Below, piece by piece: positions 17,776 through 26,557 of a stretch of DNA of 32,824 nucleotides. The stretch is taken from positions 1-32,824 of the IMG/VR virus record IMGVR_UViG_3300020045_010953, one strand, 5' to 3'. The stretch comes from a virus (lineage: Duplodnaviria > Caudoviricetes). The position numbers and the translations under genes were made by a program. The notes beneath the pieces were generated by a model. It saw only the letters and a program-made list of their open reading frames with translations, was not told the origin of the DNA and did no database searches. Every line of letters starts with the position of its first letter. Position 1 is the stretch's first letter.

Positions 17776-17823
17776 TTTTATGCATGTTTCGCATGAATGA
17801 TAATTCTTTATCAATAATGCGGC

Positions 17824-19272
17824 CTATTGCTTTTTTGCAGCTTGTTTCGCCTCCATATCAAGCTTCGCCTGTTCAAGTTTTGTTAATGTCTTTTTTTCTG
17901 GCGTTTTGTTTTTTGCCTGTTGCGCCTGCCAGCTCAAAAAGAATTCTTCATCAACTTCATTGACTTCTTCATCTTCTACCAGCTCGCTAACGTCATCGTC
18001 TGGTTCAGTTAGCATGCATTTATCAAAACCTGTGTGGTGCCAATAGCGAGTTGTTGCCTCTGGCTCTGGCTCTGGTTCTTGCTCATCTTCTGGCGTGTCA
18101 ACACCGCCGCCATCGATGAAAACATGATAAGCAATTTCAGTAACATCGTGATCGTCTAAAAGCTCTGTAATGTCATCACCTATTTCAGTGCGCATAAGAG
18201 TTTCACTAGGCTCATGTCTCCAATAGCGCACTGAATCGGCAATAATAACATCGCTCGCGCCGTGTTTTTCATCGTCTCTTGGCGCTTCGCCTTCGGGTTC
18301 GCTTTCTTCAACTTCAGAAGAAAAAACTTCTTCAGCTTCAAACTCTGCGCGTGAAATTTGTTTAATGTTTTCATAACCAACAAAATGCGAAACATCTTCG
18401 CCCGCTTCGACTTCAAGGAATTTGTTTTTCCCTGAATGATACCAGTAAGTTGCCTCATCAAAGGTGACGCCTTCATCGCCTGTTTCGCTTGCTTTTAACC
18501 CCTTAACAATTTTGGAATATTTCGCGGCGGCTTCTTTATCAAGTTTAAAATCAATTTCATCGAAGCCGCGTATTTTTTTAAACAAATGCGCTAGGTTTGG
18601 CTTTTCAAAATCAGATAATTTGCCAGAACGATCCTTGGCGGTATATTTAGCATCGGGCGTAGTTTGCAAAAAGCGTTTGGTAATTATTTGCTCACCTTGC
18701 TCAATTTCTTCAACGCGCAATGCAAACACCTCATCAAACATATAAGGAATATTTTCACCAATGCCCTTGCCTGGAAATAATGGTTGATAAATTTCTCTGC
18801 CTTCGCTGTTTTCTTTGCGCACCATTTTTGCAGTCATCAAAACATTATACAAAGGCAAATCACGAAAGCCGCGTAAAATTTCTAACGTTGTTTCTGTTAA
18901 ATTTCCATAAGCGGCGCGCTTATCCAAGTTATTATCTTTTTCATATTTCAGAATTTGTTCTGCAATTTCTGAAATAGAATCCAAACAAATCCAATTGCAC
19001 AAACGCACGGCAGAATCACGAAACAACGCGAGAGCCTCGCGCAGATCATCAACGTTTTTAATAATGATAACATTCAATAGCTCTGCCAATTCTGGATTTT
19101 CTTCGATTATTTTTTTCAAAGAAAGAAGGCCGCTTTCAGCACTTAAAATAATTGTTGGTTGATTGGCGGTTGAACACATAACAGTTTTACCAAAGCCAGC
19201 CATCCCATAAGTCAGGATTTTCAAGCCATTATCTTCAATGGCTTCGTTAATACTGATAATCTTAATACCCAT
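17824..19272 (-). CDS. sak4: Sak4-like (AAA_24) recombination ATPase with long acidic repeat extension
   Basis: Walker A YGMAGFGKT, 'LSAESGLLSL', Walker B ICLDSISE, 'PYMFDEV', 'AKDRSGKL'; about 240 extra C-terminal residues. Confidence 0.85.
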   Translation of the reverse strand: MGIKIISINEAIEDNGLKILTYGMAGFGKTVMCSTANQPTIILSAESGLLSLKKIIEENPELAELLNVIIIKNVDDLREALALFRDSAVRLCNWICLDSISEIAEQILKYEKDNNLDKRAAYGNLTETTLEILRGFRDLPLYNVLMTAKMVRKENSEGREIYQPLFPGKGIGENIPYMFDEVFALRVEEIEQGEQIITKRFLQTTPDAKYTAKDRSGKLSDFEKPNLAHLFKKIRGFDEIDFKLDKEAAAKYSKIVKGLKASETGDEGVTFDEATYWYHSGKNKFLEVEAGEDVSHFVGYENIKQISRAEFEAEEVFSSEVEESEPEGEAPRDDEKHGASDVIIADSVRYWRHEPSETLMRTEIGDDITELLDDHDVTEIAYHVFIDGGGVDTPEDEQEPEPEPEATTRYWHHTGFDKCMLTEPDDDVSELVEDEEVNEVDEEFFLSWQAQQAKNKTPEKKTLTKLEQAKLDMEAKQAAKKQ

Positions 19273-19819
19273 TTTTTATTACCTCTTTTGCATTAAAGAA
19301 AGCATTATATTCTTCCAAAGAATCGAACCTCGAATAATATTCAATTCCATCGAAAAAATAACGCCAGTTTTTAAAATCATTTACAGCAAACATAACATTA
19401 ATGTTTTCAATTTTTTTTACAACATCGACAAAATTGTCGCCGTGTAGAATTATTTGCTCAATTAATTCCTTTTTGCACAACCCTCTTTTTTCCATTTTCC
19501 ACAATATAGAAAGATTCAAAAAAGAATTACATTTTTTACAAAGCGCAGCCACATCGCGGAAAATAACCCGCTTGGTTTCTTCAACAACAAAGAAAACTGG
19601 TGCACCCTCCAACCGCTTTGGTTCAGTGTCGTTTACATTTACCCCACACACCCAACAACAATAATTATTTTTTAAAGCAGCTGCATTTTTCTTTTTATTC
19701 CACATTTTGCCGCCCATAATAAAGCGCGGTGTAATCCCGTGTAAGGGTTTTGGAAGCTCCTGCAACAATATTTCAGGTATTAAAAAATTAGGGCGTTTGC
19801 TTCTTTTGTTTAGTTTCAT
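19262..19819 (-). CDS. HNH-fold protein, catalytic histidines apparently absent
   Basis: 'PKPLHGITPR', CWVCG and ALCKKC Zn pairs; LEGAPV where LEAHE is expected. Confidence 0.6.
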   Translation of the reverse strand: MKLNKRSKRPNFLIPEILLQELPKPLHGITPRFIMGGKMWNKKKNAAALKNNYCCWVCGVNVNDTEPKRLEGAPVFFVVEETKRVIFRDVAALCKKCNSFLNLSILWKMEKRGLCKKELIEQIILHGDNFVDVVKKIENINVMFAVNDFKNWRYFFDGIEYYSRFDSLEEYNAFFNAKEVIKNGY

Positions 19820-19827
19820 ATCGCTGC

Positions 19828-20232
19828 CTAATGCGTAACAATATTGTTTGTTTTGATCTGCTTTGAAAGCGCTAATTTAATAATTTGATCTTTAATTATT
19901 TCAATTTCGCGGTTACGGTTAATCATAACTTTTGCCTCCAACAGACCACGGCTAAACCCAAGTTTGTAATCTGTTGAAACATCAGCATTTGTTAAATATT
20001 TTTCCACGACCTCCAACTCATCAATGGATTTTTGTTCAAAATTCCAATTGTTAAAAGCGTATGAATAACCAATATTAAATTCTACAGATTCAATTGTTTT
20101 CGCCGTGTAATCATAAGGTGCGAAGGAATCCATAAAAATAGAGGCTTTTAAAACAACATCTAATAATTCCTCTTTAAAATCACACGGATCACAACCAATT
20201 ATTTCAAGGGCTTCAATAATGTTAGATTTCAT
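19828..20232 (-). CDS. Hypothetical protein
   Basis: 134 aa, ATGA-coupled. Confidence 0.6.
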   Translation of the reverse strand: MKSNIIEALEIIGCDPCDFKEELLDVVLKASIFMDSFAPYDYTAKTIESVEFNIGYSYAFNNWNFEQKSIDELEVVEKYLTNADVSTDYKLGFSRGLLEAKVMINRNREIEIIKDQIIKLALSKQIKTNNIVTH

Positions 20233-20504
20233 TTTTCTGCCTCAACTTCATTAAAACCATAGTCGTTTTTGTAAACAACATATTTTTTATAGCCGCCTAA
20301 AACATCACAGCCAACTTTTATATTTTTTCTGTTGCGGCTAATCAATATAACAGAGTCGCAATCAAAGCCTTTGTTCTGCACAACACTATGAATTTGATCC
20401 CGTGTTAAGTCTGCCAACGTGTCTGGTTTGAAATGATCAACAGGGCGCATAAACCAAATAAAAATACAGACGATAACAAAAACAAAAATGTATTCGCGTT
20501 TCAT
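20229..20504 (-). CDS. Membrane-anchored protein
   Basis: Start ATG 20504 (MKREYIFVFVIVCIFIWF) behind GAGG; single TM segment, two Cys in the soluble part. Confidence 0.6.
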   Translation of the reverse strand: MKREYIFVFVIVCIFIWFMRPVDHFKPDTLADLTRDQIHSVVQNKGFDCDSVILISRNRKNIKVGCDVLGGYKKYVVYKNDYGFNEVEAEK

Positions 20505-20505
20505 T

Positions 20506-20691
20506 TTAACCTCTGTGTTTTTCTTTTTGTTGTCTAGCCGATTCAAACCAACAATCAAAACCAAACTGAATATTATTGTTTACATAACGGCCAGATTTGA
20601 AAATTGCGTTCCAGTCTAGATGCAAACTTGTTTGCGGGTAAATTTCTAACACAAATTTTTCAAATGCTTTCTGATCTTCAGTTTTACGCAT
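20506..20691 (-). CDS. Hypothetical phage protein
   Basis: 61 aa; 'AFEKF...GRYVNNNIQFGFDCW' is a small early-gene pattern. Confidence 0.6.
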   Translation of the reverse strand: MRKTEDQKAFEKFVLEIYPQTSLHLDWNAIFKSGRYVNNNIQFGFDCWFESARQQKEKHRG

Positions 20692-20863
20692 CGCGGAATT
20701 CCTTTAAAGCCAAGATTATCGGCCAAAATAAAATTATTGATAGAAATTTATAAATGAAAACACCTTTGCCAGACGTTGTTTTAAAAAACGTGTATAAGAC
20801 AGCGCACAAATAAAAATAAACACAGAACCCAAAAATGATCATTAAAATTAATTCTTGTTTCAT
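20684..20863 (-). CDS. Small two-TM membrane protein
   Basis: Start ATG 20863 (MKQELILMIIFGF...IILFWPIILAL). Confidence 0.55.
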   Translation of the reverse strand: MKQELILMIIFGFCVYFYLCAVLYTFFKTTSGKGVFIYKFLSIILFWPIILALKEFRDA

Positions 20864-20864
20864 T

Positions 20865-21179
20865 TTACACCTGTGATGATAAATAGTTAGACAAAACAAA
20901 CATGTTAATTTTATTTGATTGCTCAAGTTGCGAAACCTCAATAAGAAAATCAACATAATCCTGTAGGGTTTCAGCATCAGAACAAAGAAAAAGAGAAACA
21001 AAAGCACAGGCCGCTGGCGTTATAATAATTTCTTTCTCTGTTAACTTCGATCTTAAATATTCATAACGAAATTTTTGATTTAGATTGGTTTCGTCATAGC
21101 ATATTTTTAATGCTTCTAAACACTTGTAATTTTCAAGCGCTATAGATTGACCAATCGTTAAAAGAACTTTGTTAGTCAT
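20865..21179 (-). CDS. Hypothetical protein
   Basis: 104 aa, coupled. Confidence 0.55.
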   Translation of the reverse strand: MTNKVLLTIGQSIALENYKCLEALKICYDETNLNQKFRYEYLRSKLTEKEIIITPAACAFVSLFLCSDAETLQDYVDFLIEVSQLEQSNKINMFVLSNYLSSQV

Positions 21180-21367
21180 TTTTGCATATTCTCATAATGT
21201 TTATTGCAATCTATTTCTTTGCCTGTGTTTAGATTGTAGAAAACCCGCCAAGGCTGGCAAACCTGTGTGATATCAATCCACTCATCAAAAGTGTCGCTGT
21301 AATCGTCATATGTTGGTGTAGGCATACATATACGCTCGCTTTGACTAACTACATAACCGGTAGCCAT
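21176..21367 (-). CDS. Hypothetical protein
   Basis: Start ATG 21367 (MATGYVVS), 1 nt after the upstream stop. Confidence 0.55.
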   Translation of the reverse strand: MATGYVVSQSERICMPTPTYDDYSDTFDEWIDITQVCQPWRVFYNLNTGKEIDCNKHYENMQK

Positions 21368-21368
21368 G

Positions 21369-21635
21369 TCACACCGCCTTTGACAAATCATTAACTAAAA
21401 GTGCCAGCGTTTTAACATGTTCTAACAAATTTTCATCACCGTTTAATTCAATATCTAAAACAATGGCCGTAACAGATAAGGCGACTTTTTCTTTTAACGC
21501 TTTCTTTGCTTCAAAATAACGAATGTTATTTAATTTTGTTTTAGCTTGGTGCATAGAACAAAAATTCTCGCGCATATATTGTTTTATTTCTTCAACGCTT
21601 GCCGGTGTATAAATTTTGTCGATTATTTCAGTCAT
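21369..21635 (-). CDS. Hypothetical protein
   Basis: 88 aa, overlapping upstream gene. Confidence 0.55.
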   Translation of the reverse strand: MTEIIDKIYTPASVEEIKQYMRENFCSMHQAKTKLNNIRYFEAKKALKEKVALSVTAIVLDIELNGDENLLEHVKTLALLVNDLSKAV

Positions 21636-21933
21636 CTTGATTATCCTCTATAAAATTATCTTCTTTTGCTTCCAAATACCCTAACACATTTAATTTTTCT
21701 TTGTTCGATAAATTTTCAAACATCGCTTTTGCTATTTTTTTATGCGCCGTGAATGGTGGATCATTAAAATTTCCTTTTAAATCGATATAGTGATAAAGAT
21801 TTATTTGACTTAAAACCTCGCCAGTTTTAGCAGGATCAAACAGCGGCACAGATTTGAATAAATCACCCAGTGTTACACCTTGCTTTTCCAATTTTTTAAA
21901 TTGAATTTCTGTTAAGCCGTAATGGTCGAACAT
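21628..21933 (-). CDS. Hypothetical protein
   Basis: 101 aa, TAATG-coupled. Confidence 0.55.
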   Translation of the reverse strand: MFDHYGLTEIQFKKLEKQGVTLGDLFKSVPLFDPAKTGEVLSQINLYHYIDLKGNFNDPPFTAHKKIAKAMFENLSNKEKLNVLGYLEAKEDNFIEDNQDD

Positions 21934-22115
21934 TATGATTCACTACTTAATTGTTCTATTAATGTTTTTATTTCTTCAACGCGAGTGTCATTTGCCGGTC
22001 TTGCTGTGTTTTCAATTTTTTCAATTTGATTTTGTAAAGCTTGAATGATTATATCAACCTCGCGGGCATTGCATTTTAAAGTAATAAGTGTTTTAACTTT
22101 TCTTTTCATTTTCAA
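21933..22115 (-). CDS. Hypothetical protein
   Basis: About 60 aa, coupled. Confidence 0.5.
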   Translation of the reverse strand: MKMKRKVKTLITLKCNAREVDIIIQALQNQIEKIENTARPANDTRVEEIKTLIEQLSSES

Positions 22116-22486
22116 AACTCCAAATCAATAAAATCAAAATTTAAACTTTCAACCCTTGCAAGGTGTTTCAAGTGTTCCTTCCAAGTTTCTGGATGGTTAT
22201 TATCGTGCAAATATTGCAGTGCGTTTATTAAAGAGCTGTGCATGGTTGAAAATTCATAGGCATAAATAATGTTATCCCAGCCAGTTGAGTTCCGAGAATC
22301 CATTTTTGGATCATATCTTTCATCTGGAATCAAAACACCAGCGGCGCACTTGGTACCATATTCACCACGATAGCAGCAATGGCCATCTTGTGTTGATTTT
22401 TTATTTTGTGTTAACAAATGGCGCGCAACAGTTTCAAAAACATCTTGAGCGGTTGCGGTTTCGAGATTATCAATTGTTACTTTCAT
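22112..22486 (-). CDS. Conserved-looking phage hypothetical protein
   Basis: 'HLLTQNKKS...CCYRG..GTKCAAGVLIPDERY...LQYLHD' pattern. Confidence 0.7.
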   Translation of the reverse strand: MKVTIDNLETATAQDVFETVARHLLTQNKKSTQDGHCCYRGEYGTKCAAGVLIPDERYDPKMDSRNSTGWDNIIYAYEFSTMHSSLINALQYLHDNNHPETWKEHLKHLARVESLNFDFIDLEF

Positions 22487-22489
22487 AAA

Positions 22490-22747
22490 TCACCGCCATA
22501 AATATTCGTTAGTGACAGAACAAAAATACTCATATTTAATTGCAACACCGTTCATATAAGATATTTTGCCATCGGTTGAATAAATCGTTTGTAATTCATT
22601 TACCATTTTTTCTTTGCCAGTTGGCTGGCAATTGTTTGCTTTCATTCGCTCTTGATCTTTGTAAGCAATGACGAACAAAGCAAAAATCATCACGATTGCA
22701 ATTAAAACAATGACTTTGATAAACGTATCACCTTTTTGGTTTTTCAT
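22490..22747 (-). CDS. Membrane-anchored protein
   Basis: N-terminal TM 'FIKVIVLIAIVMIFALFVIAY', two Cys in the soluble part. Confidence 0.6.
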   Translation of the reverse strand: MKNQKGDTFIKVIVLIAIVMIFALFVIAYKDQERMKANNCQPTGKEKMVNELQTIYSTDGKISYMNGVAIKYEYFCSVTNEYLWR

Positions 22748-23325
22748 TTTCTTTTTCCTTTCTTGCGCCAGTTATTAGCCCAAAATGGCATTGGTTTAGA
22801 TTTAGGTTTTTCTTCAATTTTCCAATCTAACGCTTTGAACTCATCGCCGGTTAATTTTCCTTTTGCCATTGATTGCGCAAGACCTCGAAAATCTGAAAGC
22901 TCATCTATACACAAAAATTTTTTCTGTGCCTCCACGGCTTTTAAATCGCGTAAATAAAAAGTTGGCAGAAAATCAAAATGAACAACAGAGCAAAGACCAG
23001 TTCTTTTTATTCCTGAAGCTTGTCCCAGAGCAGTGTAATGAGGAACAAATAAATTTTCAAAATTTCTCACTAAACCAATTATTTTTTCTTGAAAAACATA
23101 GCGATGAAATTTTGTAAACATTGATATTAAAGATATTTCTCCCAATTTAACGCAAGTTGTCCCAAGCGGAAAGCCAGCATCAATGATGCCTATTACATAA
23201 AAGTGTGTTGTGGTGTCACGAACAAATTTAAAACCAGAGTTGTTTAACCCGTGCCGTGTGCGTAATTCAGGGTTTTCAAGCATCAGTTTTTTAGAGTTGG
23301 CTATTAATTTGTGAAGGTTGTTCAT
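22744..23325 (-). CDS. Hypothetical protein
   Basis: Likely start ATG 23325; basic C-terminus 'KPMPFWANNWRKKGKRK'. Confidence 0.6.
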   Translation of the reverse strand: MNNLHKLIANSKKLMLENPELRTRHGLNNSGFKFVRDTTTHFYVIGIIDAGFPLGTTCVKLGEISLISMFTKFHRYVFQEKIIGLVRNFENLFVPHYTALGQASGIKRTGLCSVVHFDFLPTFYLRDLKAVEAQKKFLCIDELSDFRGLAQSMAKGKLTGDEFKALDWKIEEKPKSKPMPFWANNWRKKGKRK

Positions 23326-23326
23326 T

Positions 23327-23512
23327 TTATTCAATATCCTCAAAAGCCAATTTATTTATTTCTGTTTTGTGTTGTGATTTTTCAATGGCGGCAACAACTG
23401 AATCCTGCAATTGTTTTCCTATTACAAAATCCAAATCATCACAATCAACATTGTGCGCAATCATGCGAAGCAAAAACGCGGCTTGGTCATTTGGCAGTTT
23501 TACAGTGACCAT
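23327..23512 (-). CDS. Hypothetical protein
   Basis: 61 aa behind a TAAGGA RBS. Confidence 0.6.
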   Translation of the reverse strand: MVTVKLPNDQAAFLLRMIAHNVDCDDLDFVIGKQLQDSVVAAIEKSQHKTEINKLAFEDIE

Positions 23513-23660
23513 TTTTCAAAAATCCTTATAAATCGACGTTGATTTATTTCAATCTGGCGAAATTCACCAGCAGTGAAGCCAAGCGCAATAAAACAATCAA
23601 AACGAATATAATAATAATTATTTCTATTCACACTACGGCAGTAATAACAAATACAGCGCA

Positions 23661-23897
23661 TCAAACACCCGCCTGTAATTTTTCTTTTTCAATAGTGCAA
23701 AGATCAGAAAAGGCGATTTGTTCCCAGCGAACAAGATTCAATTTTATACATTCGCTTTTAAAAATCGCTTTGGCGGCAATCGCATCGTTTTTAAAAAGCA
23801 ACAAACCAATTTGTTTGGCAGCTTCTTTTAACTCAGGCTTTGAATTGGCGAAAGGTTTAAGGGCATCTTCATATTGCGCCATTGTTTTGATGGTCAT
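23661..23897 (-). CDS. Hypothetical protein, first gene of the leftward early operon
   Basis: 78 aa behind a GAAGGT RBS, downstream of promoter 23988-24016. Confidence 0.65.
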   Translation of the reverse strand: MTIKTMAQYEDALKPFANSKPELKEAAKQIGLLLFKNDAIAAKAIFKSECIKLNLVRWEQIAFSDLCTIEKEKLQAGV

Positions 23898-23987
23898 CTT
23901 GCACCTTCTATATAGGGTTTCGTTTATACAGGCTCTTAACCTGTCCTAATGGCGCGTAAACACTGGCTTTGCGTCATTTGTGGTGCC

Positions 23988-24016
23988 ATTGTATATACTA
24001 TTTTTAGCAGCTGCAA
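23988..24016 (-). promoter_or_regulatory. sigma70-type promoter, class A
   Basis: TTGCAG-17 bp-TACAAT; shares AAAAAyAGTATATACAAT with 12482-12510. Confidence 0.75.
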
Positions 24017-24072
24017 CTATTATTTTCAAACCCTCAAAAGCCCGTGTTTATTGGCGTCTAGCTAAACTATCG

Positions 24073-24101
24073 CTTGATTTTTTACGATCCCGCGCTATTC
24101 T
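24073..24101 (+). promoter_or_regulatory. Candidate rightward promoter for the primase-like gene
   Basis: TTGATT-16 bp-TATTCT in the divergent intergenic region. Confidence 0.4.
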
Positions 24102-24166
24102 GGCGTAATGTGTGGAACCCCACATATTCCGAATCTCCCATAAAGAACTGCTTTTAGGTCATTTTT

Positions 24167-26557
24167 ATGAATGAGCTTTTAATATTGTCCCCAGTGGATC
24201 AAGAAAAACACAAGCCAACAAAAATTTTAGATAAAAATTTACAAAAATTAAAAATGTACGACTCAGGATTTTTATTCAATTTTGAGACGCTGGAATATGA
24301 TAATTTCCATAAAGAAATGGAAATTATTTTTTCATTAGATAGCTGTTTTTTAGTGCTCGGAGAGCCAACAGATTTTGCCCGTGAATGTATGCAAAACGGC
24401 GAAGCAATTTGGCGAACTAAAAAGAAACGAAGTGATAGAGAAATTACAATTCAAGACCGTGACGGGTGCGAAATTGTTTTAGATTTGGACGATCACATAA
24501 TTGAAGGTTTTGACGCATTAAATCCAGCGCCAGCGATTAAAAAATGGCTGAGCGATAGAAAAATAAATTGCGATGTTACGTATCAAATAACTAGCAGCCA
24601 AAAGCTGAACACCGAAGAAGCGCGCATACGCCTGTATTTTGTGGCTAGTAAAGATCATCCCCTGATAGAGCGTAAAGCGTGGGCACAGTCAGAGGACATA
24701 GGCGCCGATGGCAGCGTGTTTACGTGTTCCCAGCCCATATACACAGCCGCACCCATTATCGACGGTGGCAGCGATCCTATAAGCCAGCGCACGGGGTTTA
24801 TCAAGGGCGAACGCCGCACCTTTATTCTCCCCAGAGACGTTAAGAAAAAGGAGTACATCGAAAAGAATGGCGGGTCAATGCGTGGCTGTGATTTTGATTA
24901 CAACGACCCAGAGTTGCCCCCTGAAGTTTTAGAAGGGAAAGTTTATCGCCGCTATTTTATGCCTCTGGCGTTTCACTATGCGAATATTTTGAAACTCGAC
25001 AAATTTGCCGTTTTTGCAATTATCGAAATGAAGTCACGCCAAGTAAAAGCCCGTGATTTTGACGAAGAAAACACTTGGCAATATATCAACGATGCGTTTT
25101 CAAAAATTAAAGATGAAGTTATACAAGAAGAAAGCGAAGTCTACACAAGTGAAGAATTGAAAACGCATGACAAAACCGCACCTATTCCGATTTTTCCAAA
25201 TGATATTTTGGAAACATGGCCGCACCCGTGGCCTATGTTGTGGGAAAATTACAAGCGAATTCCGCGGGTTTTGGAATCCGCACTTTTAGTGCCAACAATT
25301 CTTGCTTTGAATTCGTACTTTTTACGCTCGCATTATGTGACTGCATTTAATCGTAGACCAAACATGTTCTTTTTGAATTTAACGCCATCAACTGGCAACA
25401 AAGATGTTAATTCAAAAAACGTTATCCGTGATTTATCAGCGATTTTTAAGAAAAGATTAGGTGTAACTTCACGCTCTCTTTTTCAGGGCATTATTAACAC
25501 CTCTTCTTCAATTACTGCCGATTCTACTTTTCTGGAAAGTTTTGATGAAAACGATCAATTTTTTTGGATCAATACGGAAGCAACCCGTATTTTTCAACAA
25601 ATCAGAAACAGCGGCGGAAATTCAAACGTGGCTGCGCTTTCTGATAAGTTAATTGAAGTTGTTGACGGTCACGAAATTACAGGAAAAGTGCGCGCTAAAA
25701 ATAACGTTAAAACGATAGAAGACCCAAACTGCCAAATTCTGTTTTATGCACAGCCGGAAACCATTGAGCGTTATATAGATGTTGAAATGGTTGATAGTGG
25801 TTTGTTTGGGCGCTCTCTTTTATCAATAGTGCCATCTTTGACATTTGATATAGACAACTATGAAATGTTTATTGATAGAAAAGATGAATTGGTTGAAATA
25901 AGTGATGAATTTTTTGATTTTTATCACACAGCTGATTTTTCACTAGGCGGCATTACTGATGTTAAAACAGTTTTAAAACCTGATGAAAAAAGCCGTGCTT
26001 TGTTAAATAGTTGGGCGCGTGAATATGTAGCCCCGTTAATGTCAGAGGATGAAACACTACAAAAAGTGCTTTCCCGTGTTGGTAATAGTGCAGAACAGCT
26101 TTATTGTATCGTGTTGGGAATTTGCAGAAAATACGATTCTTTCATTGGGCAGCCAGAAAGAAAGAAAATCAATATCCAGTGTTTATTACCACTTTTGGAA
26201 TATTGGGTAGATTGTAAAGTTTACGCAATAAAGAACTATATAAATGCAGAATTAGACCCGTTAGCCGAAGCGGTTTTGACTATTGTTAAAATGTCAATTT
26301 CTGGCGAATATAAAATGTCTACCACTTTTGACGCTAAAGCGGTTAAAGAACACAATGTAATTCCAATATCTGTTTTTTATCGAATTTTGAAAAACAATGT
26401 CAAATTGATAAAACAGCTTTCTAGTGATGGTGATAAAAGGAATGCGGTTATGAGAGTGGACAACATTATAAAAGTTTTTGTTAATAATGGCGTTTTGGTT
26501 AGGAAGCTTATAAAAATTGGAACTTCATCGAAAGAATGTTTAGGGTTGGCAAAATGA
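24167..26557 (+). CDS. Primase/replication-initiator protein with C-terminal helicase-like (DUF3987-like) domain
   Basis: 'IVLDLD', 'ARIRLYF', 'DGSVFTCSQPIYTAAP...DP' are prim-pol-like motifs. C-terminal half has 'RPNMFFLNLTPSTGNKD' and 'DSGLFGRSL'. Confidence 0.65.
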   Translation: MNELLILSPVDQEKHKPTKILDKNLQKLKMYDSGFLFNFETLEYDNFHKEMEIIFSLDSCFLVLGEPTDFARECMQNGEAIWRTKKKRSDREITIQDRDGCEIVLDLDDHIIEGFDALNPAPAIKKWLSDRKINCDVTYQITSSQKLNTEEARIRLYFVASKDHPLIERKAWAQSEDIGADGSVFTCSQPIYTAAPIIDGGSDPISQRTGFIKGERRTFILPRDVKKKEYIEKNGGSMRGCDFDYNDPELPPEVLEGKVYRRYFMPLAFHYANILKLDKFAVFAIIEMKSRQVKARDFDEENTWQYINDAFSKIKDEVIQEESEVYTSEELKTHDKTAPIPIFPNDILETWPHPWPMLWENYKRIPRVLESALLVPTILALNSYFLRSHYVTAFNRRPNMFFLNLTPSTGNKDVNSKNVIRDLSAIFKKRLGVTSRSLFQGIINTSSSITADSTFLESFDENDQFFWINTEATRIFQQIRNSGGNSNVAALSDKLIEVVDGHEITGKVRAKNNVKTIEDPNCQILFYAQPETIERYIDVEMVDSGLFGRSLLSIVPSLTFDIDNYEMFIDRKDELVEISDEFFDFYHTADFSLGGITDVKTVLKPDEKSRALLNSWAREYVAPLMSEDETLQKVLSRVGNSAEQLYCIVLGICRKYDSFIGQPERKKINIQCLLPLLEYWVDCKVYAIKNYINAELDPLAEAVLTIVKMSISGEYKMSTTFDAKAVKEHNVIPISVFYRILKNNVKLIKQLSSDGDKRNAVMRVDNIIKVFVNNGVLVRKLIKIGTSSKECLGLAK

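Noticed and set aside
23500-23663. TGA read-through or recoding extending the 23661-23897 ORF into a hydrophobic stretch
   Set aside because: Many genes end in TGA with ATGA overlaps and long genes are intact in the standard code. A 53-aa ORF (23500-23661, minus) is an alternative but is unsupported.
23539-23949. 136-aa + strand ORF
   Set aside because: Antisense to the RBS- and promoter-supported 23661-23897 gene; low-complexity translation.
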